A stretch of 64,000 nucleotides of DNA from Nitrospirota bacterium (lineage in GTDB: Bacteria > Nitrospirota > UBA9217): positions 416,001 through 480,000 of the forward strand of contig CAWJQQ010000008.1 in the NCBI GenBank assembly GCA_963845065.1, read 5' to 3'. The notes below the pieces were generated by a model. That model saw only the letters and a program-made list of their open reading frames with translations. It had not been told where the DNA came from and did not search any database. Positions 34,857 to 44,197 of the stretch are shown piece after piece (within the stretch, counting starts at the first letter, position 1; each line of letters opens with the position of its first letter). Made by a program: the position numbers and the translations under genes.

Positions 34857-35021
34857 GCCCGATTCGGTCCCGGTCAACCGCTGTTTAGTTCTTACGAAAA
34901 GACAAGGAGGCTGCTGGAAGTACATAGTTCGAGTCGGGGAAACCCGTATTTTTGAATGACGATTTATCAAGGAAGTCAGGCATATCCGCAGACAGCTTTT
35001 TGCGGATTCATCGCTTGTCTC

Positions 35022-35468
35022 TCAATCGTCGGTCTGCGGTATGAATTCGATGTCGTCGATGATGCACGTAACCTCATTAAGGTAGGGCATGTCATGATCG
35101 GGGCTGCTGATATAAGCGGCCATAAGCGCATGGGTTTTGTCAACGAGGAACCATATACGCCAGTGCGTACGTTCATTCTTTTCATTAAACGTATAGTCAA
35201 GGGTGGCGCTGCCCATGTTTCCATGGTTTTCCACCTGCACTGCTTCCCGAGGGAAGGGAATGTCCCGCTCTTCTAGAGTGTCTTCGAGCAGCGTCTTGGC
35301 CGCTTCCTCGAGAGGTAAGTTTGTGTCTTCCCGCTCCATGAACGAGAGTTGTACCATCCCGGGCCAGCCTTCTTTTTCGAGCAAAACATAACCCATTTCC
35401 TCACGTTCTGTCCAACCGTCGGGAAGGAAAAGATTTATCCAGCGCTCATAGGTAACTTTTTTTCCCAT
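35022..35468 (-). CDS. Hypothetical protein (DUF3805/DcrB-like)
   Basis: LPDGW motif; consensus promoter directly upstream. Confidence 0.6.
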   Translation of the reverse strand: MGKKVTYERWINLFLPDGWTEREEMGYVLLEKEGWPGMVQLSFMEREDTNLPLEEAAKTLLEDTLEERDIPFPREAVQVENHGNMGSATLDYTFNEKNERTHWRIWFLVDKTHALMAAYISSPDHDMPYLNEVTCIIDDIEFIPQTDD

Positions 35469-35473
35469 GGGGC

Positions 35474-35502
35474 ATTGTAGCGGAGGGGGGAGAGCCAGTC
35501 AA
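35474..35502 (-). promoter_or_regulatory. Sigma70 promoter for a leaderless transcript
   Basis: Minus strand: TTGACT-17-TACAAT-5 nt-ATG. Confidence 0.7.
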
Positions 35503-35534
35503 ATGAGTTTCGCAAATAGGGGAAAAAAAACTGC

Positions 35535-36062
35535 TTATATGTACCTGAGCTGTTTTAGTGCATCTATAATTGTGCCTGCATTAGCTTCGGCAGAATTCCT
35601 GCAGTCCAGGATAAGCTCAGCCATTTCCGGTGGTTCATAAGCCCTCTGCAGTCCAGGGACGGTTGAGGCCTTTCCCGCCGCGGCGTTGCGATAAATGCCC
35701 TTGGGATCACGTTTGATGCAGACATCCAGCGGGCAGTGGATATAAACTTCGACGAAGCGGGGGATGAGCACACGGGCGCGTTCTCGGTAGATCCTTCTGT
35801 TTGCCGTGGCATCGAATATTACGTTGACGCCGTTTAGCGTAATGACCGATCCAATCGATGCCAGCGCCTGATAGAACCAGTCTCGCTCCGAGTCTTCATA
35901 TGTTGCATGGGGGGTCAGAATCGTACGCATGGCATCGGACTCCAGCACGACAAACGGCAGATGATGGCCCGCCATCATACCTACCAGCTCCCGGGTGACA
36001 GAGCTCTTGCCTGAGGCAGGCATACCCGTTATCCAGATTGCGAAGCCGTTTTGTCTGCTCAT
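35535..36062 (-). CDS. Adenylylsulfate kinase-like P-loop kinase
   Basis: WITGMPASGKS, RDPKGIY, PGLQRAYEPP. Confidence 0.85.
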   Translation of the reverse strand: MSRQNGFAIWITGMPASGKSSVTRELVGMMAGHHLPFVVLESDAMRTILTPHATYEDSERDWFYQALASIGSVITLNGVNVIFDATANRRIYRERARVLIPRFVEVYIHCPLDVCIKRDPKGIYRNAAAGKASTVPGLQRAYEPPEMAELILDCRNSAEANAGTIIDALKQLRYI

Positions 36063-37165
36063 CGGAGGTACCTGTTCACGTCTTCGGGATGAAATCGTTC
36101 AGCAGCAAGAACGTTTTCAATAAAATTAAAAATGGATTTTCTTACCACCGATGAAAGATGGGGGTACCAGACTGGGCTGGCGATGACCAATCCGCGCCAG
36201 GCGAGGAAGGGCGCTATTACTTCGAGCATTTCGCTGTCCGCGGTCCTGGCCAAGTAGTGATCCCAGAAGAGTCGGAACATTTTTTCGAAGTCGCCCTCCA
36301 GTTTATTGGAGCGCTGGAGAGAGAAAAACAGGTAGTTAATACTCATAGTGGCGGTATCATCTGCAGGCTCCCCCCACTCCCCGCGCGATCGGTCAAGGAC
36401 CGTGAAGTCTGTGGCCTCTCGAAACAGGATGTTCCAGGGGTGGAAATCTCCATGGACGCGGCAGAGGCGATGGGAACGGTCCCTGATGCGCCAGCGCCAT
36501 GCTACACAGCTTATCTCCGTCCTCCGCAGATACGTGTCGTCGATGCCCTCTACCTTTTTTGGATAGTTATCGATCAGTCCCATGATGCATTCCCCATGGC
36601 CCAGGAGTTCGCGGATGCGGCGGGTGTAGAGGGCAGGCTCATCGCGCTTTTGCGCATGGACCTCGATGAGATAGTCCGCGAGTGTCCGAACCCTGTCTGT
36701 GTCGGTCAAGGTCGCTGATCCCTTGTCCCTGATTCTCTCAAGGTCCTTAAAATATCCGACGCCATCCACAAATTCAGTTAGCAGGAAAAATTCTTCGGTC
36801 CTGCCCGTTGAGATCATCGCGCCCGAATCAAGGAACGCGCCACTGTCGAGCGATCGAACATGGCGGGGAAGATTGTTGAAGGCCCGGTGTTCCCAGAGGA
36901 TGGTCTGGGCCCGGTCTGAATAATGTTCATGCCCGAACGTGGACGGCGCCATGGTTTCAAGCACTGCCTTTTTTCGCTCTCCGTCTATCTCGTATTCAAG
37001 AAATAGCGGAGAACCGTAACCGAATCCCTTGAGGTCGTCTCCTTCTTCCTGCGCACCGTGGACCGTCATGGATATAAGACGGACCTGTTTTACGTAAAGG
37101 GCTTCGAGGTAATCCTTGACGGCCTGCATGAATAAAATGGGCATAATTCCCTCCCAGGCGAGCAC
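36059..37165 (-). CDS. Aminoglycoside/choline phosphotransferase-family kinase
   Basis: HGDFHPWNILF and VLDRSRGEWGEPADD; start uncertain. Confidence 0.85.
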   Translation of the reverse strand: MLAWEGIMPILFMQAVKDYLEALYVKQVRLISMTVHGAQEEGDDLKGFGYGSPLFLEYEIDGERKKAVLETMAPSTFGHEHYSDRAQTILWEHRAFNNLPRHVRSLDSGAFLDSGAMISTGRTEEFFLLTEFVDGVGYFKDLERIRDKGSATLTDTDRVRTLADYLIEVHAQKRDEPALYTRRIRELLGHGECIMGLIDNYPKKVEGIDDTYLRRTEISCVAWRWRIRDRSHRLCRVHGDFHPWNILFREATDFTVLDRSRGEWGEPADDTATMSINYLFFSLQRSNKLEGDFEKMFRLFWDHYLARTADSEMLEVIAPFLAWRGLVIASPVWYPHLSSVVRKSIFNFIENVLAAERFHPEDVNRYLR

Positions 37166-37277
37166 GATGAAAAAACATGTTTTATTCTATCATGAATTTG
37201 AGAAAAAGGAAGGATGAGACAATCTCCGGGGCGTGGCGCGATATGATAGGAGGATTCCGGCGTCGTAATTGCCCGAC

Positions 37278-38279
37278 TTATCCATCAGCCCCAACTTGTC
37301 TCAGGTGAGTGTCATGGATCGGCAGTGGCTCGCCCGGGTCAAAGACTTCTTTGTCGTACTGAATGCGATAAGAGCGGCCGGGAACATGTTTACTGTAGGT
37401 TATAATGAGGCGCCCGATGGTCTGCTTGATGGCTTGCGTGGGGTATCCGGTCAACAGGGCTACGGGACCGGGGAAACCATGGGGAACAAAGAGCCGATAG
37501 CCGTTGGGTGCCATCGACAGGAGCATGGTGTTCTCTTCGTTATCGCGGCCCAGGACGATTTTTATGCCTGAATCCATACGGTAGTGGCGGCCTATGGTGA
37601 GCAGCCGGACATCATCGAGTGTAACCGCCTGACTATCCTCGAACAGGTCGCGCAGCTTTTCCGCAAAGTTCTTGTCTGTAAGGAGGCACCCGCCGGCCGG
37701 TGTGGAGTATCCCCGAATGCCGAATCGTTCCGCGAGCTGGAGTTGGACCGCTCGCGATCTGCCGCTGATGCCCAGGAGCTTATCCCGCTGGACCAGTCCT
37801 TGCAGCTCCGCTTTTGTGGGCTGCAAAAGCGTGGCCGAAAGAGGCCGGAGTATCATGCCGCGCATGTCGGCGTCGCGTTCGATCACGTCCAACGCGTCGC
37901 GACGCTGCGACATTGGCCGTTGACCCAGGACCTCGCCGGTAATCACGAAGGAGGCATTCAGTTCCTTCATAAGGTTTTTGGCCTTCTTCAGCATGTATAT
38001 TTTGCAATCTATGCAGGGGTTGACGTGCTTGCCGTAGCCGTGGGATGGCTTGCGGACCAGATCGATATAATCCCGGCCCATATCCAGAACGCGGAGGTCG
38101 ATCCCGACGGCTTTCGACACACGGGCGGCATGGGTTTGTCCCTCATTCCCGTAACTCTTGGAAAAAGCCGAAGTACAATAGAGCCCGATGACATCGAAGC
38201 CCTGCTCCATGACTAATTTCGCCGCCAGTATGCTGTCTAACCCGCCTGAAATGAGCGCAATTGCCCCTTTATTTTCCAC
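37278..38279 (-). CDS. PP-loop ATPase, ThiI/MnmA-like putative tRNA thiolation protein
   Basis: SGGLDS, CIDCK, GEVLGQRPMSQ, PAGGCLLTD. Confidence 0.85.
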   Translation of the reverse strand: MENKGAIALISGGLDSILAAKLVMEQGFDVIGLYCTSAFSKSYGNEGQTHAARVSKAVGIDLRVLDMGRDYIDLVRKPSHGYGKHVNPCIDCKIYMLKKAKNLMKELNASFVITGEVLGQRPMSQRRDALDVIERDADMRGMILRPLSATLLQPTKAELQGLVQRDKLLGISGRSRAVQLQLAERFGIRGYSTPAGGCLLTDKNFAEKLRDLFEDSQAVTLDDVRLLTIGRHYRMDSGIKIVLGRDNEENTMLLSMAPNGYRLFVPHGFPGPVALLTGYPTQAIKQTIGRLIITYSKHVPGRSYRIQYDKEVFDPGEPLPIHDTHLRQVGADG

Positions 38280-38446
38280 TGGTCCTCCCTATGCCCGAAA
38301 TGGACGCCGTATTATAAATCTCTGCCTGCTGTTTTTGCAAGAGAGAAGAGCAGTTTACACGCATTAATCAAATACGGGTTTAAGCGGTGGCAACGGGTGA
38401 AAAAAGGGTATAATTATTATAAAGTAGAAATTCAGGAGGGCAGCAT

Positions 38447-38980
38447 ATGGCTAACTGGATGATCGATCAGGATCACTCCTGTGCTGCATTTGCGATCAGG
38501 CACATGGCACTCGCGTATGTGCGCGGCCAGTTCACCAGTATGAAGGGGACGATCCATTTTGATCCCGCTGACAAGTCCCGCGCGTCTGTGGATGTTGAGA
38601 TTGATGTTGCAAGCGTCAATACTGGAATAAAGAAACGAGACGAGCATCTGCTCACCGGTGATTTTTTCGACAAGGGGAAGTACCCGACCATCAGGTTCAC
38701 GAGCAATTCCGTTGATTTTCTCGACCGTAGCCGCTGCCGCATAATCGGCACTCTGACGATGCATGGAACAACGAGGCAGGTAACATTCGAGGGAGAATAT
38801 GCGGGGCCACGAAAGAATCCCTACGGCGACGAGACTACGGTCGGTTTTTCCGCTACAACTACGGTGAACCGCGAGGATTTCGGGATCATGTGGGGAAGCG
38901 AGCCTATGGAGGGCGGCGGATTGGTAGCAGGAAAGGAAGTGCAAATTTTTCTCGAAGTGGAGGCTGATTTGGTAGAGTAA
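38447..38980 (+). CDS. YceI-family polyisoprenoid-binding protein
   Basis: W.ID..HS, VRGQF, RDEHL...DFFD, NREDFGI. Confidence 0.93.
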   Translation: MANWMIDQDHSCAAFAIRHMALAYVRGQFTSMKGTIHFDPADKSRASVDVEIDVASVNTGIKKRDEHLLTGDFFDKGKYPTIRFTSNSVDFLDRSRCRIIGTLTMHGTTRQVTFEGEYAGPRKNPYGDETTVGFSATTTVNREDFGIMWGSEPMEGGGLVAGKEVQIFLEVEADLVE

Positions 38981-39034
38981 TCCTGATGGCTTGACCAGAG
39001 GACCACGCCTGGTGTATTGTTGGAGCAAAAGAGG

Positions 39035-39064
39035 AAGGCCACCTGTTTCAGTGTGGCCTTTTTT
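39035..39064 (+). terminator. Rho-independent terminator
   Basis: AAGGCCAC / GTGGCCTT stem followed by a T run. Confidence 0.7.
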
Positions 39065-39089
39065 GTCGAATGTTGAGGAGGAACCCCAC

Positions 39090-39635
39090 ATGCGCCAGGC
39101 AAAGAAAGAGATACAAGACAGGGCCATCATCATCGGCCTTCTGCAGACGTGTCATGTCGGCAGGCTCGGGACCATCGGCAAGGATGGTTATCCCCTGGTG
39201 AAACCGCTCAACTTCTCCTTTCATGACGGCAAAATCTATTTTCACAGTGCCCGGGAAGGGGAGAAAATAGACGATATCAAACGTGACAACCGTATCTGCT
39301 TCGAGGTTGACCTGCCTATAGCGCTTGTGAAGAGCAGGGGGATTCCCTGCAAAGCCGAATATCTGTACCGAAGCGTGATCGTAAAGGGAAGGGCGCACAT
39401 CGTAGATGATCCAACGGAGCGGCACGCGGCGCTACGTCTGCTCATGGAAAAGTACCAGCCCGAGGGGGGCTACGGTGAATTCCCGGAAGATAAAAAAACT
39501 GTTACAGGTATAGTCAGGATCGATATTGAAAAGATGACCGGCAAGGAAGATTTAGGCCCCGAAGGCCTGAAGGAAGCGGTGGTGAAGGCGCTCGAAGAAA
39601 ACGTGCAGCTGCCGATCATTCTTGAGAGGGCATGA
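39090..39635 (+). CDS. Pyridoxamine 5'-phosphate oxidase-like (NimA-type) flavin-binding protein
   Basis: IYFHSAREGEK, CFEVD, YRSVIVKG. Confidence 0.9.
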   Translation: MRQAKKEIQDRAIIIGLLQTCHVGRLGTIGKDGYPLVKPLNFSFHDGKIYFHSAREGEKIDDIKRDNRICFEVDLPIALVKSRGIPCKAEYLYRSVIVKGRAHIVDDPTERHAALRLLMEKYQPEGGYGEFPEDKKTVTGIVRIDIEKMTGKEDLGPEGLKEAVVKALEENVQLPIILERA

Positions 39636-40003
39636 GGAGGAGTTTTTCACAGGAACATACCAGAAAATCAATCTGCATAATGATTAGTCCAACGCCGCAC
39701 CGTACGTGATTGTGTTGCTGGTACTGATATTAACCGCATTTTGATAGCTTGCGACTTTCTGGACATTAGTCCCCTGCGGTTTATCGCCCATATTGTCTCC
39801 GCAATTATCCGGCGCACATCTCCTGCATTTTCCCCACCGTGACACAGTCTCTCGTCACATCCATGCAACATTTCATGAATTCGCGGAAGTTCGGTATGCC
39901 ACTAATATTTTTTTGTCCCACCATTCAAATAGCTTTACGCATTATGATCGATGACAACTGTCCCTTCTAGTTGAAAATGATTGGCCTTGGCGACAATTGT
40001 TAC

Positions 40004-41667
40004 CAAACTATCCGCAGAAAGCCCCTGGTTTTAACCATGGGGATGAATGCGGGAACTTTGTTTTTCAGCAATTGCTAGACAAATGTATATCTATATGGTA
40101 TAGTTGAGCAATCAATGCCTGATAAACTTAAAACTCCAACATTTATCCACGAGTTTCAACTCGTAGTGACTCCAAAGGACAATCGAATGCTCGATGCCCG
40201 GCTCGAAGCTGGCCGTTATCTGTACAATGCCTGCCTTGGTGAAGCGATGAAGCGTCTTACTGCCATGCGGCGATCAGAAAAATGGCTCGTGGCGATCACG
40301 AAGAAGAAAAGCAAGCTTCGCACCAAGATGTTTAAGACAGCCAGAACCCAGGCTGAATATACTGAATACCACCTTCATAACTACGTCGGTATCCTCCGCA
40401 ATTCCTGCTGGATCAGTGAGCATATTGACAGCCTGACCGCCCAGAAGATAGCATCTCGAGCATATAGCGCCGTCGCTGACTACGAGTTTGGGAAGCATGG
40501 CAAACCACGTTTCAAGCGCCATGGCTGGATGTCGTCCCTTGAAGGTAAAAACAACAAATCTGGTATTCGGTGGTGCGATGACCATATGGAGTGGACTGGC
40601 CTTCGTCTCAACTGTGTCTTCGATAAAAAAGACAAGTTTGGCGTTCAGGCTCATGCACTTAGCCATGATGTCAAGTACGTTCGTCTGGTCAAGAAAACTA
40701 TCCGCGGCAATCCCCGCTGGTTTGCCCAACTTGTGCTTAAAGGCACGGCCAAGATAAAGCGTGAGAACCAGATTGGCACCGAAACCGTTGGCCTTGACAT
40801 TGGCCCGTCGACAGTTGCCATCGTTGGTGATACCGATGCGTTACTACTCGAATTTTGCCCTGAAGTCGAGATACCGTTTAAACGTATCAAGACCGTCCAG
40901 CGCACAATGGCCAGAAGCCTTCGTGCTACCAACCCGGGCAACTACAACGGAGACAAAACCATCAAAACGGGTAAAAAGCAGTGGGTCTTTTCTGCTCAAT
41001 ACCGTGTTCTTAAAGCTAAGCTCGCTGAACTTCAAAGAATCCTTGCTGAAACCAGAAAACGGTCTCATGACAAGCTCGTGAACAAAGTCCTCACTCTCGG
41101 TACCGACATCAAAACCGAGAAACTGTCGTACAAAGCATTTCAGAAACTCTATGGTAAAAGTATTTCGCGACGAGCTCCGGGGATGTTTATGTCGATGCTT
41201 CACCACAAAGCCGAAAACGCTGGCGGTAAAGTAACCGAGTTTTCTACCCGGAGCACAAAGCTTTCCCAGACATGCCATTGCGGAACAGTAGCCAAAAAAT
41301 CATTGTCCCAAAGATGGCATGCCTGCAACTGCGGGGTAAGCACCCAGCGTGATCTCTATTCCGCATTCCTTGCAAAGCATGTTTCTAACGATGTCCTCGA
41401 CACGCGTCAGGCTGCCAAAGCCTGGCCGGGTGCAAACCTGCTCCTGGAACGGGCGGTGTTGGGGGTGCAGCATGAAGCGGCAAAGGGTCGAATTCATCCA
41501 ACCAGCTTCGGTATCAAGCACGAGAACACCACGAACCGGAGACAGAGCTGCTCGTCCGTTAAAGGCGGATCAACGACAGTCGAGGCCGACAACGTTCGTA
41601 TTGTTGCCGGAGAGCCTGTCGGTATAGCCGCTAGAACCCCCTGGCTTTAGACATGGGGAGTGGTCAG
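40004..41667 (+). mobile_element. IS200/IS605-family tnpB-only (IS1341-like) element with IS608-type ends
   Basis: TTAC at 40000-40003, then CAAACT...AAAG-CCCCTGG-TTTTAA-CCATGGGG left hairpin; right end GAAC-CCCCTGGCTTTAGACATGGGG-AGTGG-TCAG; boundaries match the second copy. Confidence 0.92.
40115..41650 (+). CDS. tnpB: RNA-guided endonuclease TnpB
   Basis: RuvC-I VGLDIG, RuvC-II KTEKLS, zinc ribbon SQTCHCG..HACNCG, RuvC-III QRDLYSA. Confidence 0.93.
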   Translation: MPDKLKTPTFIHEFQLVVTPKDNRMLDARLEAGRYLYNACLGEAMKRLTAMRRSEKWLVAITKKKSKLRTKMFKTARTQAEYTEYHLHNYVGILRNSCWISEHIDSLTAQKIASRAYSAVADYEFGKHGKPRFKRHGWMSSLEGKNNKSGIRWCDDHMEWTGLRLNCVFDKKDKFGVQAHALSHDVKYVRLVKKTIRGNPRWFAQLVLKGTAKIKRENQIGTETVGLDIGPSTVAIVGDTDALLLEFCPEVEIPFKRIKTVQRTMARSLRATNPGNYNGDKTIKTGKKQWVFSAQYRVLKAKLAELQRILAETRKRSHDKLVNKVLTLGTDIKTEKLSYKAFQKLYGKSISRRAPGMFMSMLHHKAENAGGKVTEFSTRSTKLSQTCHCGTVAKKSLSQRWHACNCGVSTQRDLYSAFLAKHVSNDVLDTRQAAKAWPGANLLLERAVLGVQHEAAKGRIHPTSFGIKHENTTNRRQSCSSVKGGSTTVEADNVRIVAGEPVGIAARTPWL

Positions 41668-41687
41668 CGTCAGCATGAGCTATTCCT
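41450..41687 (+). ncRNA. Predicted TnpB omega-RNA (reRNA): scaffold overlaps the tnpB 3' end and right end; guide comes from the flank (5' limit approximate)
   Basis: Established TnpB biology; local hairpins such as CCGACA...TGTCGG and the right-end hairpin. Confidence 0.55.
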
Positions 41688-41691
41688 GGCA

Positions 41692-42531
41692 TTATTCCTT
41701 AGCTATCCCTTCCAACAGTGTTTCTTTAATAAACTCCCGGATCAACTCCCGCGCTGATGTCTCGATCTTCAAAAATTTGACTCCTATCCCTGGCAGTTTT
41801 TTAATATCACTATTTGCATGACTATAGATGACCTCTCCCTCTATCATGAAGAGCCAGCCCGTTGAGGTGGGAAGAAAAAAAGTGAATGTATGAACACTTC
41901 CCAAGGCGAGTGGCCTGTCTGTATTCACGAACATTCCCTTTTCTGATAGTGCGGTTATATAGTCGCGCCTGCCGTTATTTTCGTTAGGCAGGCTTTCTCC
42001 GATGACGACATCGAGATACGTTGTGAGCCGGACAAAGTGTCGGGGCTTCTTCTCTGTTGCCTCCTGGATTGCTACATACAACTCATCCAAAGGAGCTGCA
42101 TGGGCAAGGTACGCAGCGCATCCGGCCTCCTCGCAGCGTTGTTTGACGTTGGGGTCATTGTTCGAAGTGTAAATGATGAAGGGGATGTTTTGTGTACGTC
42201 GATCTTTTTTTACTTTTTTCAGAAGGTCTACGCCGCTCATCTCCGGGAGGTCAACATTGGCTATGATGGTCCATGGAATGGATATGCTCAGGAAGGTCAG
42301 AGCATCTTCTGCAGTTTTGGTCATGATAACGTGATATTTAAGTCTTTGCAGAAAGATACTTGTATAAAATTGTCGCATCGGTTTATTGTCGATGACAAGA
42401 ATGAGCTGCTGTGTTGTCTCTAGATGCTCTTTCTTTTCGTCTCTCTTGCGCATCCCCATGAGCCAGGATGAGATTTCCCGATAATTTTTCTGGGGAAAAT
42501 TTGCTGCCTCATTCTGTGATTGTATATTCAT
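41692..42531 (-). CDS. Atypical receiver domain plus PilZ-domain protein
   Basis: REC fold ILVIDN..IIANVDLPEMSG..IPFIIYT; PilZ RHFVR..ALSEKGMFV..GIGVKF. Confidence 0.85.
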   Translation of the reverse strand: MNIQSQNEAANFPQKNYREISSWLMGMRKRDEKKEHLETTQQLILVIDNKPMRQFYTSIFLQRLKYHVIMTKTAEDALTFLSISIPWTIIANVDLPEMSGVDLLKKVKKDRRTQNIPFIIYTSNNDPNVKQRCEEAGCAAYLAHAAPLDELYVAIQEATEKKPRHFVRLTTYLDVVIGESLPNENNGRRDYITALSEKGMFVNTDRPLALGSVHTFTFFLPTSTGWLFMIEGEVIYSHANSDIKKLPGIGVKFLKIETSARELIREFIKETLLEGIAKE

Positions 42532-42938
42532 ATTGAGCAAACCTCTTTTGTGAAATTGGACACATCTGTATTTAATTTGAAAAGTTGTTCTTTCAGAACA
42601 ACATCTACCTGTTTCCTGCATGCTCCGGGCGAGAATTACTAGAATATACCACATAATTGTTGTGTCAACAAAAAAATAAAGCCTTATTGATAACTCCGCA
42701 CTCGCAAGCTTTCATCATTATTTCCCGACATGTTATGCATTCTCATTAAGTTTAAATATTTGTTAAGAATCAAAATCCACCCCATCCTTATATATATATA
42801 TTCTTTTGATTGGGCCAACGCAATACCCCTGTAGGGGTATTTTTAGGATAGAAAAAATAACCGATTTTTTCTAAAAAATCAATTTATTATCAATTTTCAT
42901 CTGTCAAAAGGGGCAAATAATATTTTAAACGATGAAAT

Positions 42939-43610
42939 TCATAGAATGTTGCAAGTATATCCCTTTTTTAAGATCTTTGAATATATATCAGCGCAGCGAA
43001 TCGGCTCTGGGATGCGGTAATTGCCGAGGCAGGAAAGGGCGAGACGGACAGCAGACTGCACATCGGTCCTGTGGCCAGGGGATATAAAAAGCGGCCGCAC
43101 ATTGTCCTTCGTTCGTAAGACTGCGCCGACGATATCACCCCCAAGACCGAGTGGTGACCAGCTTCCTTTTTTATTTTCTGGCTCTTTGTAGTCGCCGATT
43201 AGTCTGGATTTAGCGCAGCCTATCGTAGGTATGTCGAGCCGCACGCCAATGAAGGAAGCTATGCCGAACTGTCGCGGATGAGCGATGCCTTGCCCATCGA
43301 CGAGAATGAGATCGGGTATGTGCAGTAACATTTTGAGGGCCGCAATGATGGCAGGCCCTTCACGAAATGCAAGGAAGCCGGGTACATAAGGGAAGCGGTG
43401 TTTCCGTACTGCCGATCGGCGCTCAACGAACGTAAGCTCGGGAAAACTGAAGATGCAAGCCACGGCGAATACGCGGTCGTAAGAAAAAGCTGCGTCCACG
43501 CCTGCGACGAGTCGCGGAACATGCTTTAAGGGAGAAAGAAGCACTTGCATCTTCAGTTTGTCCTGCTCAGTGCGCGCTTCTTGTATGGTTATAGTCTTCG
43601 GCCACTTCAT
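42939..43610 (-). CDS. nfi: Endonuclease V
   Basis: AGVDAAF, FPYVPGFLAFRE, VDGQGIAHPR, PTIGCAKS. Confidence 0.96.
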   Translation of the reverse strand: MKWPKTITIQEARTEQDKLKMQVLLSPLKHVPRLVAGVDAAFSYDRVFAVACIFSFPELTFVERRSAVRKHRFPYVPGFLAFREGPAIIAALKMLLHIPDLILVDGQGIAHPRQFGIASFIGVRLDIPTIGCAKSRLIGDYKEPENKKGSWSPLGLGGDIVGAVLRTKDNVRPLFISPGHRTDVQSAVRLALSCLGNYRIPEPIRCADIYSKILKKGYTCNIL

Positions 43611-43723
43611 GATTAGAACCGCTTCAACGTGCGATATAATTATACTATATTTTGATTTTGGCAATTCGAGTTACGATATCTCTGCACACTAAAAGGTGAT
43701 GCGCCACAAACGAGGTGCTATCC

Positions 43724-44197
43724 ATGCTTCTCTATCTTGTTCAGCACGGTGAAGCAAAGAGAGAGGACGAAGATCCGGCGCGAGGGCTAACGGAAAAGGG
43801 AGCAAAAGATGTGAAAAAGGTGGCTCAACTTTTACAAAACAAGATACTTTCACTGAGCCACGTATTTCACAGCAACAAGACCCGTGCCATAGAAACTGCC
43901 CGGATTTTTGCCGAGCATCTGACACCTGCTCAGGGGGTTTCCGAGGCTGGAAATCTAGCTCCCATGGACGATCCCGGAATCTGGGCTAACCGCATAGCGG
44001 GAATGAACGCAGACATCATGCTGGTTGGCCATTTACCCTTCATGGCGAGGCTGGCAGGACATCTCTTGTGCATCGAAAGAGAGACGCCACTTATCGATTT
44101 CAAGATGGGTGGAATTGTTTGTCTCATGCGGTCCGACGAGGGGCGATGGTCCCTGGAGTGGATGATAGTGCCTGAGATATTGGCAAATGTATTTTGA
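43724..44197 (+). CDS. sixA: Phosphohistidine phosphatase SixA
   Basis: LYLVQHGEA, HS.KTRAIETA, MLVGHLP. Confidence 0.92.
   Translation: MLLYLVQHGEAKREDEDPARGLTEKGAKDVKKVAQLLQNKILSLSHVFHSNKTRAIETARIFAEHLTPAQGVSEAGNLAPMDDPGIWANRIAGMNADIMLVGHLPFMARLAGHLLCIERETPLIDFKMGGIVCLMRSDEGRWSLEWMIVPEILANVF

Noticed and set aside
33242..41650. Sigma factor plus TnpB as an RNA-guided transcription system
   Set aside because: They are 5.5 kb apart with unrelated genes between, the sigma is RpoD-like rather than ECF, and the TnpB has intact catalytic residues and transposon ends.
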